A stretch of 39,298 nt of DNA, taken from NCBI RefSeq assembly GCF_006345805.1, contig NW_021835550.1, forward strand, positions 1 to 39,298, written 5' to 3'. Made by a program: the position numbers and the translations under genes. Positions within the stretch are counted from its first letter, which is position 1. Each line of letters begins with the position of its first letter. Below, one piece after another: positions 22,530 to 32,907 of the stretch. Below the pieces are notes generated by a model. That model saw only the letters and a list, made by a program, of their open reading frames with translations. It searched no databases and was not told where the DNA came from. This DNA comes from Octopus sinensis (taxonomy: Eukaryota).

Positions 22530-22733
22530 ATCTTGGCAGAAGGCGTGAAATTTCGGGGAAGGGAGCTTGTTGATGCCATCGACGCCAGTGCTTAAATGGT
22601 ACCTATTTCTTCCGATCCGAAAGGATGAAAGGCAAAGTCAACCTCGGTGGAAATCTAACCCAGAACGTAAAAACGGACGAAATACTCCTAAGTATTTTGC
22701 ATGGCTTCCAACGATTCAACCTGCTCGTCGCCT
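22530..22733 (-). mobile_element. SINE family A copy
   Basis: Core and head match, with the head preceded by an (ATT)n tract. Confidence 0.8.
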
Positions 22734-22845
22734 TAATAACAATAACAATGATGATGATGATGATAATAATAATAATAATAATATAATAATAATAATAATA
22801 GTAATAATAATAATAATAATAATGATAATAATAATAATAATAATA

Positions 22846-22965
22846 ACGCAGAACACTTTCCATAGAATAACCATCAGAGCATCACAACAAATCACAGCAC
22901 ATACTCAAGGCACACAGAGCTGCGCTCGGTAGTGAAGTGAAAGCACGCTATAAAAAATAAAACTA

Positions 22966-22969
<4 letters not shown>
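22846..22969 (+). mobile_element. (AAT)n-embedded retroelement 3'-end fragment (family G)
   Basis: Ends CAAGGCACACAGAGCTGCGCTCGGTAGTGAAGTGAAAGCACGCTATAAAAAATAAAACTACTGAA+(TAA)n. A shorter inverted copy lies at 20536-20602. The copies share a 3' end and differ at the 5' end. Confidence 0.7.
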
Positions 22970-23028
<59 letters not shown>

Positions 23029-23030
23029 TT

Positions 23031-23173
23031 ACTAGTACAACACCAAAAAACCCCAAATATATGGCACCCTAGGCATAACAACAACGTGAACTTCAAGCCT
23101 GTTGTCTCTTGAGGTCTCTGGGTGAGACTTGGAGCCAACTTGTACAAATATAAAGCAAAAGTCAAACATAGAA
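23031..23173 (+). mobile_element. Short 3' UTR-only copy of the 32127-32540 R4/Dong-type family
   Basis: Near-identical to 32398-32540 (ACTAGTACAACAC...GTCTCTTGAGGTCTCTGGGTGA...GCAAAAGTCAAACATAGAA). Embedded in (AAT)n. Confidence 0.8.
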
Positions 23174-23203
23174 TAATAATAATAATAATCATAATAATAA
23201 AAG

Positions 23204-23665
23204 ATGGGCTACAGCAAATATTCTGCTCAATACCACAGATTTGCTTGTCAGTTGTTTGACCTTAACCAGCTGAGCATGTCCCTTAGTGGCTAACGATATG
23301 TGCATCTCTGATCACGAGCAGAAGTAGTGGGTGAGCATCATGGCCGTGTGTTGAGAGGGATTCTTGGAGGTTTGGATAATTCCCCTTTGGAAACATGGAT
23401 GTTTCGTTCAATATCCTTAAACAATCCTTATTCAGGGACCTTTTGAGCTGGATGGGCTACTCGACCAGAAGAAAATTCTAACTGGGCCCCCACCTGCAAG
23501 GTCATGCGTTGTTTATCTTGATAAGAGATCACCATGTTGTGCACATATGGTTATGATGCATTGTGCCTGGTGTACTCTTATCAGACGGGTAGTCATGATG
23601 GGTATACTGGGATTCGTATATTTTACCCCAGTGTCACTTTGATGGCATGCACTGCTCTCTCACCC
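23204..23665 (+). mobile_element. Approximately 460-bp unclassified element (family E), copy 1, in (AAT)n
   Basis: Homologous end to end with 23762-24221. The right end also occurs at 32002-32058. No convincing ORF and no tRNA head. Orientation is inferred from which end the short copy retains. Confidence 0.75.
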
Positions 23666-23684
23666 AATAATAATAATAATAATG

Positions 23685-23720
<36 letters not shown>

Positions 23721-23761
23721 TAATAAAAATAATAATGATAATAATAATAATAATAATAATA

Positions 23762-24221
23762 ATGGGCTACAGCAAATATTCTGCTCAATACCACAGATTT
23801 GCTTGTCAGTTGTTTGACCTTAACCAGTTGAGCATGTCCCTTAATGGCTGACGATATGTGCATCTCTGACCACGAGCAGAAGTAGTGGGGGAGCATTATA
23901 GCCATGTGTTGAGAGGGATGCTTTGGGGTTTGAATAATTCACCTCTGGAAACATGGGTGGTTCTTTCAACATCCTTAAACAACCCTTATTCAGGGACCTT
24001 TTGAGCGGGATGGGCTACTCAACCTGAAGAAAATTCTAACTGGGCCCCACCTGCAAGGTCATGTGCTGTTTATCTTGATATGAGATCACCATGTCACGCA
24101 CATATGGTTGTGATGCATGTGCCTGGTGTACCTTTATCAGACGGGTAGTCATGATGGGTATATTGGGCTTCGTATATTTTACCCCAGTGTCACTTTGATG
24201 GCATGAACTGCTCTCTCACTC
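23762..24221 (+). mobile_element. Family E, copy 2
   Basis: Same start (ATGGGCTACAGC) and end (CTCTCTCAC(T/C)C+AAT repeats) as copy 1, with many substitutions between the two. Confidence 0.75.
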
Positions 24222-24260
<39 letters not shown>

Positions 24261-24840
24261 TCTTTCTACTGGAAGCACAAGGTCTCAAATTTGGTGGAAG
24301 GGATTATGTCGATTACAGTGCGTAACTGGTGCTTATTTAATCTAAAGTAGAAAGAGGTAAGAGTCCAGAGAGGAGATAAAAGAGAGTCCGAGTAAAGTAC
24401 GTATGCCGTTACATGGTTGAAAAATAGCTGAGCGGAAGTAAATTATGATAGAGAAAATGGTTTTTGGAAGCAGGAGAGTGCAAAAATGCCTCCACCCACC
24501 AATCTCACCTCAAAACTGTCAAAAATTTCGCTGCGACAAACAAATCAGAACGTGAAGGCTGCTGCCTAATACAAACGTCCAAAATCCCATTGGGCCCCAG
24601 AGTTAATATGAATTAAGTCAGTATATAAGAAGTATATACAGAAAGGCTAAATATTCAGTTCAAATTCAGTTCTCGTTAATGAGATTATTAAGGTCGGGAA
24701 ACGCCACTATCTACTACAAACCCACCCGTGGAAAGCTATTAAGAAAATACGAATAATACGATATACAGAAATCTTGAATATAGTCGTGTATTCAAGGAAG
24801 CATGTATATATGAATGCATATATACATATGCATGCGTATG

Positions 24841-24890
<50 letters not shown>

Positions 24891-25495
24891 CGTGCGTGTG
24901 TGTGTAGGTATGTATATATATATATGTGTGTGTAAATAGGTATGTATGTATGTATATATATATATATGTATATATATTAATAAATAAAATAAAACATATG
25001 CATATATATAAACATATATGTACGTACCTACCTCTACATGTACATATACACGCATATATGAGTACAGGACACCAAAAGGACGTCGAACACAATGAGAAAC
25101 GAAAACATAGACACAAACCAAAGGAACTGGACATTTTTTTAAAAACAGCAAAAAAAAAAGAGTACAGGACAATTAACACAAAGAAAAAACCCTCTCTTCA
25201 GTCGCTAAAGATTTCATCTACTCTACGTTTTGAAGGATAAAAGCGAGACGTATCTTCGACAAGAAACTTTCCTTCCTGCGAAAAGCAAATCAATTAAAAT
25301 TCTGAGATCTTTTCGCAGAGGGGTAAAAAATGGTAACAAAAACAGGACAGTAACGACAGTACAAATTATAAACAGTAAAAAACAGGACAAGGAAAACAAG
25401 ATAAGAAGAGCTGTTAACGCCGAACGAAAAAAAGTATAGCGAACGCAGAATTTTTTATGAACGACGAGCGGAGCAAAAAGAATGTCGTCCATTAC

Positions 25496-25570
25496 CTTGA
25501 AAGAGCCAGGCCAGAGAGACAGCAGCGGAAGTGACGTCGCGGGTGAACGACGGGAAGGCGGAAGTCACGA
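25496..25570 (-). promoter_or_regulatory. Candidate CpG-rich promoter and short first exon
   Basis: GCGGAAGTGACGTC ETS-CRE composite (25525-25538) and a second GCGGAAGT (25558-25565). On the minus strand, CTTCCGCTG...TTTCAAG|GTAATG gives a donor (intron starts 25495), with an acceptor TTTTCGCAG| ending at 25276. Confidence 0.45.
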
Positions 25571-25912
25571 CGGGAAGGGGGGAGGAATATATATATATGT
25601 GTATATATGAATGTATATGTATGTGTATATATATATACACACACACACATGGGCACACGCACATATACACACACATATATATAGGTGTTAATGCCTTTCC
25701 TTATATGGACACAAATGCAATTCTTTCGCAAATAAATTACACTTCGCATTCGAGACTCCGCTGAAGGTATGAGGTGTTATTCATGCTCTCAACTACGTGT
25801 CCACTATATCTGTCTCAAAGCAGAAACAGCTGCAAAGTTATGAAGCTTCCAAGATAATCATTCATTCCTCTGTCACCTCTCTTTCTTTCTCGTAACAACA
25901 CACCTTCCATGC

Positions 25913-25963
25913 AAGTCTGATGAAGTGACACTCTAACGTCTGAAACCGCAAATTACGTAACTT
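25913..25963 (+). ncRNA. Decayed type I hammerhead motif
   Basis: AAGU-CUGAUGA(25917-25923)-AGUGACACUCUAACGUCU-GAAA(25942-25945)-CCGCAAAUUACG-UA^(25959)-ACUU. Exact cores, 4-bp stem I, bulged stem II (GAC/GUC) and only a 2-bp stem III. Confidence 0.4.
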
Positions 25964-26077
25964 TTCATTTAGAATTCTTGCGTACACTGTCGTTGCGTAT
26001 AGAGATAGTACGGAAAAAATTGTAAGTTATAATTAGAGATGTGTTAAAGAATTTTCTCTGTCTTCTTCTTTTCATTT

Positions 26078-26118
<41 letters not shown>

Positions 26119-26379
26119 CATATTCTTGTTTTCTCTGTACGCTTTCAATTGTTTATCAGGCGTATAATCTTATGGTTATTTCCATTGTTTTTATTTTATT
26201 ACGTTAGAAACTAGATTAGCTTTTTCCTTTTATAGTAAATATATTTATAAACTAAATTATCTCATACAATTTAGTGATGCATATTTTATATGTTCTTAAC
26301 CATTATTATTTACTCCCTTTCCTCGACATTTTCTAGGATTATCGTCCATGAGCATGTTATTGTAATATTTTATCTATTT

Positions 26380-26420
26380 ATCTATCTACAATACATACAT
26401 ACATACATACATACATACTC

Positions 26421-26453
<33 letters not shown>

Positions 26454-26628
26454 TATATTATATATTAATTATATATACATATATGTATTTGCATATACAT
26501 ATATATTTGCGTGTGTTTGTATGTATATATATATACACACATACATACATATATTTAAATGGCGGTGCCGGCCAGCATGGCGACAGCTCGTGAGCTGAAA
26601 CCTGATGAAAAACAAAATATAGAAAATA

Positions 26629-26660
<32 letters not shown>

Positions 26661-26843
26661 TAATGTATGTATGTTGTGTGTGTGGTGTGTACACATACAT
26701 ATATTCATATATATTGTATATACTTACTATATATATTAAACATACAATATATATATATACATATTTACACATACATGTATATACAATATACGCACATATA
26801 TATATACACACATGCACACATCTGTATGTGTTATATATATATA

Positions 26844-26910
<67 letters not shown>

Positions 26911-26955
26911 CTATATATATATATATATATATAATATATATATATATATATGCAT
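26380..26955. repeat. Degenerate (TA)n/(TACA)n tract
   Basis: Direct reading. Confidence 0.9.
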
Positions 26956-27550
26956 AAAACTATGTATAACGAAATCAGTCATGATCCATTATGTTATGTC
27001 GACGTTCACCTTCGCTTACCGTTACCCTGTCTGGCCTTCTTACTAATTTTACTTAACCTTTTTTTCGCTCTCTACTCAGACATATATATTCCTTTTGGTT
27101 CCCACAGTAATCCTCAAGAATAAGAACCTTTCCACTTAACCAGATTCCACTTATTGTCACACCATGTATACAGTTTGCTAAGTTTTCTATGTTAATAGTT
27201 CAAGTTTATTAGTGCTGGCTTCATTGTTTTACGAGGTCAACATTGCCGAAGAGAAATATTATCATCGCCCTGATTTCGTTCTTTTCACATGTGCAAGTCT
27301 ATTTACATTATCAACTATTTCATACTTTATGTTTTTGCAACGAGTCCATTTCCTTTAGAACCGAGAAATTTTATATTTTATTCATTTATTATCTAATATC
27401 TTTTTTCATTATCGTTTGTTCTTTTTTCCTATTTTCTTTTCTTTTTATATTCTCTCTCTATATGATTGACTTTTTCGCAACACACACACATACACATGTA
27501 TATGTATGTATGTATTTATGTATGTATATGTATGTATGTGATATATAATA

Positions 27551-27595
<45 letters not shown>

Positions 27596-27628
27596 AATAT
27601 ATATATATATCCTATATATATATATATA

Positions 27629-27805
27629 AGCTTTGGTAGTTTTGACTTTAAGAGTCCCTCCTAGCGTGTGGCATTTATGTACAGTAATGCCCTCTAATAT
27701 AATAAATAAATATATTTAAGTGAAAAAATTGGTGAATTTTTTCTCTTATGAGGTTTTTTCACGCTAACTACTTGATAAATTCTTATAAAGATTTTATCCT
27801 ATTTT
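27629..27805. mobile_element. (TA)n-embedded fragment, family H
   Basis: TTTGGTAGT...GTCCCTC...GGCATTTATGT...AATGCCCTCTA is shared with about 37365-37480 and includes a GGCATT/AATGCC hairpin. Both copies are flanked by (TA)n. Confidence 0.6.
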
Positions 27806-27832
27806 TAAATTATAATATATATATGTATTATA

Positions 27833-27874
<42 letters not shown>

Positions 27875-27893
27875 CAATTGAGGGCAAAATTAA

Positions 27894-29647
27894 TTGAATT
27901 AAGCAAACAAACTATATATGAGAGAGATTTTCTTTAAGTATTAGAAATAGCTTTAAAAAAGTTTTTTAGCTGCTATTTCTAATGAGTTCAGTATGCGGCA
28001 AAGTAATTTATTTTACTAAGCCCTTTTATATAATGTAATAATTTGAATTCGCCTTGAATGGTCCCTTTGCATACTGAACACTTGGTGAAATTGATTAATA
28101 ATTATTAATTTTGCCCTCATTGTTTGAAATTATAATTAATCTCCCTCTGATTAATGCTTCGGATTTTACCGAAATAAGCATAGTGTTTGATGATTTTAAC
28201 CCACGCTGGTGGAAAGGGGAGAACAGAGATTCTTCGCTTGCTTATTTGAATTTGTTGGCACTGTTATTTGGGAGCAGATCTTCGAAAGGGTATGTTCTTA
28301 TTTTCAGTGTTTCCAAATCCAAACCAAGGAATTCTGAGCCGATGATAGAAATGTTGTTTTGACTAATCTTGAAACGTACGTTCTCGAATAACCTTAGCAT
28401 TTGATTTTTCGATGTCCTTACCCCCAAACTTTTGTGAGTTGAATTAAGCAAACACTATATATGAGAGATTTTCTTTAAGTATTAGAAATAGCTTTAAAAA
28501 AGTTTTTTAGCTGCTATTTCTAATGAGTTCAGTATGCGGCAAAGTAATTTATTTTACTAAGCCCTTTTTTATAATGTAATAATTTGAATTCGCCTTGAAT
28601 GGTCCCTTTGCATACTGAACACTTGGTGAAATTGATTAATAATTAATTAATTTTGCCCTCAATTGTTGAAATTATAATTAATCTCCCTCTGATTAATGCT
28701 TCGGATTTTACCGAAATAAGCATAGTGTTTGATGATTTTAAAACCCACGCGGTGGAAAGGGGAGAAAGAGATTCTTCGCTTGCTTATTTGAATTGGGCAC
28801 TGTTAGTTGGGAGCAGATCTTCGAAAGGGTATGTTCTTATTTTCAGTGTTTCCAAATCCAAACCAAGGAATTTCTGAGCATGATAGAAATGTCTGTTTTG
28901 ACCGATAATCTTGACTAATCTTGAACGTTCTCGAATAACCTTAGCATTTGATTTTTCGATGTCCTTACCCCCAAACTTTTGTGAGTTGAATTAAGCAAAC
29001 ACTATATATGAGAGATTTTCTTTAAGTATATTAGAAATAGCTTTAAAAAAGTTTTTTAGCTGCTATTTCTAATGAGTTCAGTATGCGGCAAAGTAATTTA
29101 TTTTACTAACCCTTTTTATAATGTAATAATTTGAATTCGCCTTGATGGTCCCTTTGCATACTGAACACTTGGTGAAATTGATTAATAATTATTAATTTTG
29201 CCCTCATTGTTAAATTATAATTAATCTCCCTCTGATTAATGCTTCGGATTTTACCGAAATAAGCATAGTGTTTGATGATTTAAACCACGCTGGTGAAAGG
29301 TGAGAACAGAGATTCTTCGCTTGCTTATTTGAATTTGTTGGCACTGTTAGTTGGGAGCAGATCTTCGAAAGGGTATGTTCTTATTTTCAGTGTTTCCAAT
29401 CCAACCAAGGATTTCTGAGCCGATGATAGAAATGTTGTTTTGGACTAATCTCTGAAACGTACGTTCTCGAATAACCTAGCATTTGATTTTTCGATGTCCT
29501 TACCCCCAAACTTTTGTGAGTTGAATTAAGCAAACACTATATATGAGAGAGATTTTCTTTAAGTATTAGAAATAGCTTTAAAAAAGTTTTTTAGCTGCTA
29601 TTTCTAATGAGTTCAGTATGCGGCAAAGTAATTTATTTTACTAAGCC
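27894..29647. repeat. Tandem array, 3.2 copies of an approximately 540-bp unit
   Basis: Marker GAATTAAGCAAAC at 27896, 28441, 28988 and 29523 (periods 545, 547, 535). Copies differ mostly by 1-3 nt indels. Each unit has a 12-bp hairpin ATTAGAAATAGC...GCTATTTCTAAT (27940-27951/27972-27983). (TA)n flanks both sides. Confidence 0.95.
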
Positions 29648-29652
29648 GTTTT

Positions 29653-29684
<32 letters not shown>

Positions 29685-29764
29685 GGTCCCGGTTGTGAGT
29701 CGGGGTTAACCACAGTAAATAAGGTACTCAATACATAGCAGAGTAAATTAATTTATTTTATAGA

Positions 29765-29821
29765 AGGAGCTTCTACAGGACTAGAACTGTTTCATTCAAA
29801 TGAAATCATCAGGAAGCTCCT
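29765..29821 (-). ncRNA. Type I hammerhead ribozyme, intact core (minus-strand half of the foldback)
   Basis: Minus strand reads AGGAGCUUC-CUGAUGA-UUUCAUUUGAAU-GAAA-CAG-UUCUAGUC-CUG-UA^-GAAGCUCCU. It has a perfect 9-bp stem I, exact CUGAUGA and GAAA core boxes, a 4-bp stem III (ACAG/CUGU) and a GUA triplet. Stem II is short (UUC/GAA inside a U-U mismatch). Predicted cut is after the minus-strand A at 29774. Confidence 0.8.
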
Positions 29822-29866
29822 GATGATTTCATTTAATGAAACAGTTCTAGTCCTGTAGAAGCTCCT
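29811..29866 (+). ncRNA. Type I hammerhead ribozyme (plus-strand half of the foldback), imperfect stem I
   Basis: AGGAAGCUC-CUGAUGA(29820-29826)-UUUCAUUUAAU-GAAA(29838-29841)-CAG-UUCUAGUC-CUG-UA^(29857)-GAAGCUCCU. The core is exact. Stem I forms 8 bp only with two single-nt bulges, and stem II is weak. Confidence 0.6.
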
Positions 29867-29897
29867 TCTATAAAATAAATATATATATATATAATAT

Positions 29898-30072
29898 ATA
29901 TATACACACACAATAGGCTTCTTCCAGTTTCTGTCTACCAGATCTACTCGCAAGAATTTGGTCGGCTCGAATCTATAATAGAAGGCACTTTCCGATGCTG
30001 TCATGCAGTGGGACTGAACCCGGAATTATATGGTTGAGAATCAAACGTCTTACCACGTACCCACGCCTCTGC
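29898..30072 (-). mobile_element. SINE family C, 5' half
   Basis: Head to the CTTCCAGTTTCTGTCTACC segment. It ends in the (TA)n tract next to the twin HHR. Confidence 0.8.
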
Positions 30073-30249
30073 CGTTTATTTACAGTTTACTCTGTTGCTC
30101 TTCCGAGTTCACCCTTAAGATAGAGGGTCTAATCAACTTTTGAGTTCAAGGACTGCTTCACTTGACATCATGAAGTGTCCGTACACCGTGGGGCCTGTGT
30201 GAAACATGTATAGGGACCAGCCCTTCTTCCAGTATACATGTTTCATCCA

Positions 30250-30770
30250 TCCCGGCTGAATGAAAGGCAAAGTAGAACTCGGTGGGATTTGAACTCAGAA
30301 CGTCTTCTTAGCACGCTATCGGTTACGATATGAGGGTTCCAGTTGATCCGAATCAACGGAACAGCCTGCTCGTGAAATTAACGTGTAAGTGGCTGAGCAC
30401 TCCACAGACACGTGCACCCTTAACGTAGTTCTCGGGGATATTCAGCGTGACACAGAGAGTGACAAGGCCGGCCCCTTAAAATACAGGTACAACAGAAACA
30501 GGAAGTAAGAGTGAGAGAAAGTTGTGGTGAAAGAGTACAGCAGGGATCACCACCATCCCCTGCCGGAGCCTCGTGGAGCTTTTTTAGGTGTTTTCGCTCA
30601 ATAAACACTCATAACGCCCGATCTGGGAATCGAAACCACGATCCTATGACCGCGAGTCCGCTGCCCTAACCACTGGGCCATTGCGCCTCCACAAACTCAG
30701 AACGTACAGACATACAAAATGCCGTTAAGCATTGTGCTCGGCGTTCTAACGATTCTGTCCGCACCCCGCT
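30250..30770 (-). mobile_element. SINE family A copy split by a family B insertion
   Basis: A-core continues on both sides of B, with 12-bp TSD AACTCAGAACGT at 30292-30303 and 30694-30705. Confidence 0.8.
30304..30692 (-). mobile_element. SINE family B nested in family A
   Basis: Full B body between the 12-bp TSDs. Confidence 0.92.
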
Positions 30771-30789
30771 TTATAGATTGCTTTAGATA

Positions 30790-31335
30790 TCGGTTTCAGT
30801 CGATTAGATCGGCCCCAGTGCTCAACTAGTACTTATTTTTTTTTACCCCGAAAGGATGAAAAGCAAAGTCGACCTCGGCGGATTTAGAACTCAAAACGTA
30901 CAGACTGATGAAATAGTGCTGTGCAGTTTGGCCGGCGTTCTAACGATTCTTATTTCTTTATTGCCCACAAGCGGCTAAACATAGAGGGGACAAACAAGGA
31001 CAAAGGGATTAAGTCGTTTACATCGACCCCAGTGCGTAACTGGTATTTAATTTATCGACTCCCAAAAGGATGAAAGCAAAGTCGACCTCGGTGGAATTTG
31101 AACTCAACGTAACGTCAGACAAAATACCTATTTATTTACTACTCACAAGAGGCTAAAGACAGAGAGGACACACAAGGACAGACAAAGGATTAAGTCGATT
31201 ATATCGAGCCCAGTGCGTAACTGCTACTTATTTAATCGACCCCGAATAGATGAAAGGCAATGTCGACCTCGGCGGAATTTGAACTCAGAACATGAAGACA
31301 GACAAAATTCCGCTAAGCATTTCGTCCGGCGTTCT
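30790..31335 (-). mobile_element. SINE family A concatemer, three cores
   Basis: AAAGTCGACCTCGG-type cores at about 30866, 31078 and 31259, with tail1 segments between them. Confidence 0.85.
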
Positions 31336-32001
31336 TACCAGTCTACCATCTCACCAATAACGTTATTTGCTATGGTTGATGTACTTTTGTATTGTACTGC
31401 TAGATTACTTTAAATATTACCGGCTTTAATGTACTAAAACATTTTTTCCTGAATAAACGCTGCTGAAATTGGGGGGGGGGTACATTTAATATGCACGTGC
31501 ATCATTTACGCCATCAAATACGGTAAGTAAGTAAATAAAGGATAGAATACTTGTAAAAATTCTTCATTCTTCGTAAAACGTTTTCTGTTTTATATGGAAA
31601 TTGAATCAGTTACAGCTTCTTGATTTATAAAAGAACAGAGTTTAGAAAGTGCTAAATTATACTAACGCCTGGAACCAACAACTATCATTTGTCTTGCAAC
31701 TTATAAATTCTTTTTGCCATAATGCCGGAAACGATATTCAATAAAACTGACTCTAATTTGCACCTTTCTTCATGAATTGTCACAAATAAATATTCAATGG
31801 CCTTAATATACTTTAAACTTTGCGTTTGACCCAATGACTTGACGTACATCTTAAATACAGTTCAGGCTAAAGCTAAACAAAATTGTCTGTTTCTTCATCT
31901 TAGAGAGACATTTGGATAGATTCGACAAAAATAAGTAGGAGAATTATTTTCTACTCTAGGCACAAGGCCGGAAATTTTGGAGTAGGGGTCCAGTCAATTA
32001 G

Positions 32002-32058
32002 GGGCTTCGTATATTTTACCCCAGTGTCACTTTGATGGCATGCACTGCTCTCTCACTC
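32002..32058 (+). mobile_element. Family E terminal fragment
   Basis: GGGCTTCGTATATTTTACCCCAGTGTCACTTTGATGGCATGCACTGCTCTCTCACTC followed by (AAT)n. Confidence 0.75.
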
Positions 32059-32117
<59 letters not shown>

Positions 32118-32126
32118 TAATAATAG

Positions 32127-32540
32127 ACTAAAACAATACCTGTTGTCATAGGTGCCACTAAAACAATAACTGTTGTCATAGGTGCCACTAAAACAATACC
32201 TGTTGTCATAGGTGCCCTGGGAATGATAGCAAAAGGGGCTGATCGCTATCTAACTCAGATACCAGGAAACCCCAAAATGGCAGAAATTCAAAAGACAGTG
32301 CTCATGGGAACTGCTCATATCCTACGCAAAATACTTTCTATGTAATCTCAAGTTTTAAAACAAACATAATTTTTTTTTTTTTTATTTTAGACATTCACTA
32401 GTACAACACTAAATACAAAACTAAATATATGGCACACTAGGCATAACAACTACATGAACTTCCAACTTGTTGTCTCTTGAGGTCTCTGGGTGACACTTGG
32501 AGTCAACTTGTACAAATAAAAGCAAAAGTCAAACATAGAA
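32127..32540 (+). mobile_element. Third R4/Dong-type 3' end, with a 30-bp triplication at the 5' junction
   Basis: (TKTIPVVIGA)x3 (one base change in copy 2), then LGMIAKGADRYLTQIPGNPKMAEIQKTVLMGTAHILRKILSM* (stop 32343-32345), then a 3' UTR ending in AAT repeats. Preceded by (AAT)n. Confidence 0.85.
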
Positions 32541-32741
32541 TAATAATAATAGAAAATTTAGACAATACGTATAACCAGATTAGTGTATTCAAATGTTGAG
32601 TAGAGCACCGGCAGAGTCTAAACTACATGTTCTCATCTGTAGTTGTGGTACACTTCCGTTGGTTTTACTTCAGGAACTTCGCAGTAGAAGTTAAGGTAAA
32701 AGTATTAATTAATAGGAGATGGATTTCGTGTTAAACCTTTT

Positions 32742-32791
32742 TTAGGTACAACTTATGTATTGACCCATCAGTCTGGGTCTCTTCAGGCACA
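32742..32791 (-). ncRNA. Decayed type I hammerhead motif
   Basis: Minus strand: GUGC-CUGAAGA-GACCCA GACUGA UGGGUC-AAUA (GAAA mutated)-CA UAAGU UG-UA. Exact first core directly followed by a perfect 6-bp stem II, a 3-bp stem III and GUA. The second core and stem I are broken. Confidence 0.35.
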
Positions 32792-32907
32792 TTAATAAAG
32801 AAGTCTCGCTAGAGATTTTTTGTGTCGGCTGGCTTGTTGTTATTTGCCCTATCACAGATTCATTCATCAGTGGTCCGAGATAATAGGACACGCATTACTG
32901 TAAACAG

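Larger units (their letters stand above)
29682..29880. mobile_element. Foldback fragment carrying twin HHRs; probable Penelope-like element terminal-repeat remnant in (TA)n
   Basis: Arms 29751-29813 (63 bp) and 29819-29880 (62 bp) are reverse complements except for one indel, with a 5-nt loop AAGCT. AATAAA lies downstream of each HHR. (TA)n tracts flank both sides. The PLE assignment rests on the known association of PLE pLTRs with minimal type I HHRs. Confidence 0.55.

Noticed and set aside
31690-31860. 54-aa minus-strand ORF MYVKSLGQTQSLKYIKAIEYLFV...
   Set aside because: Short, AT-rich, with no recognisable motif or splice support.
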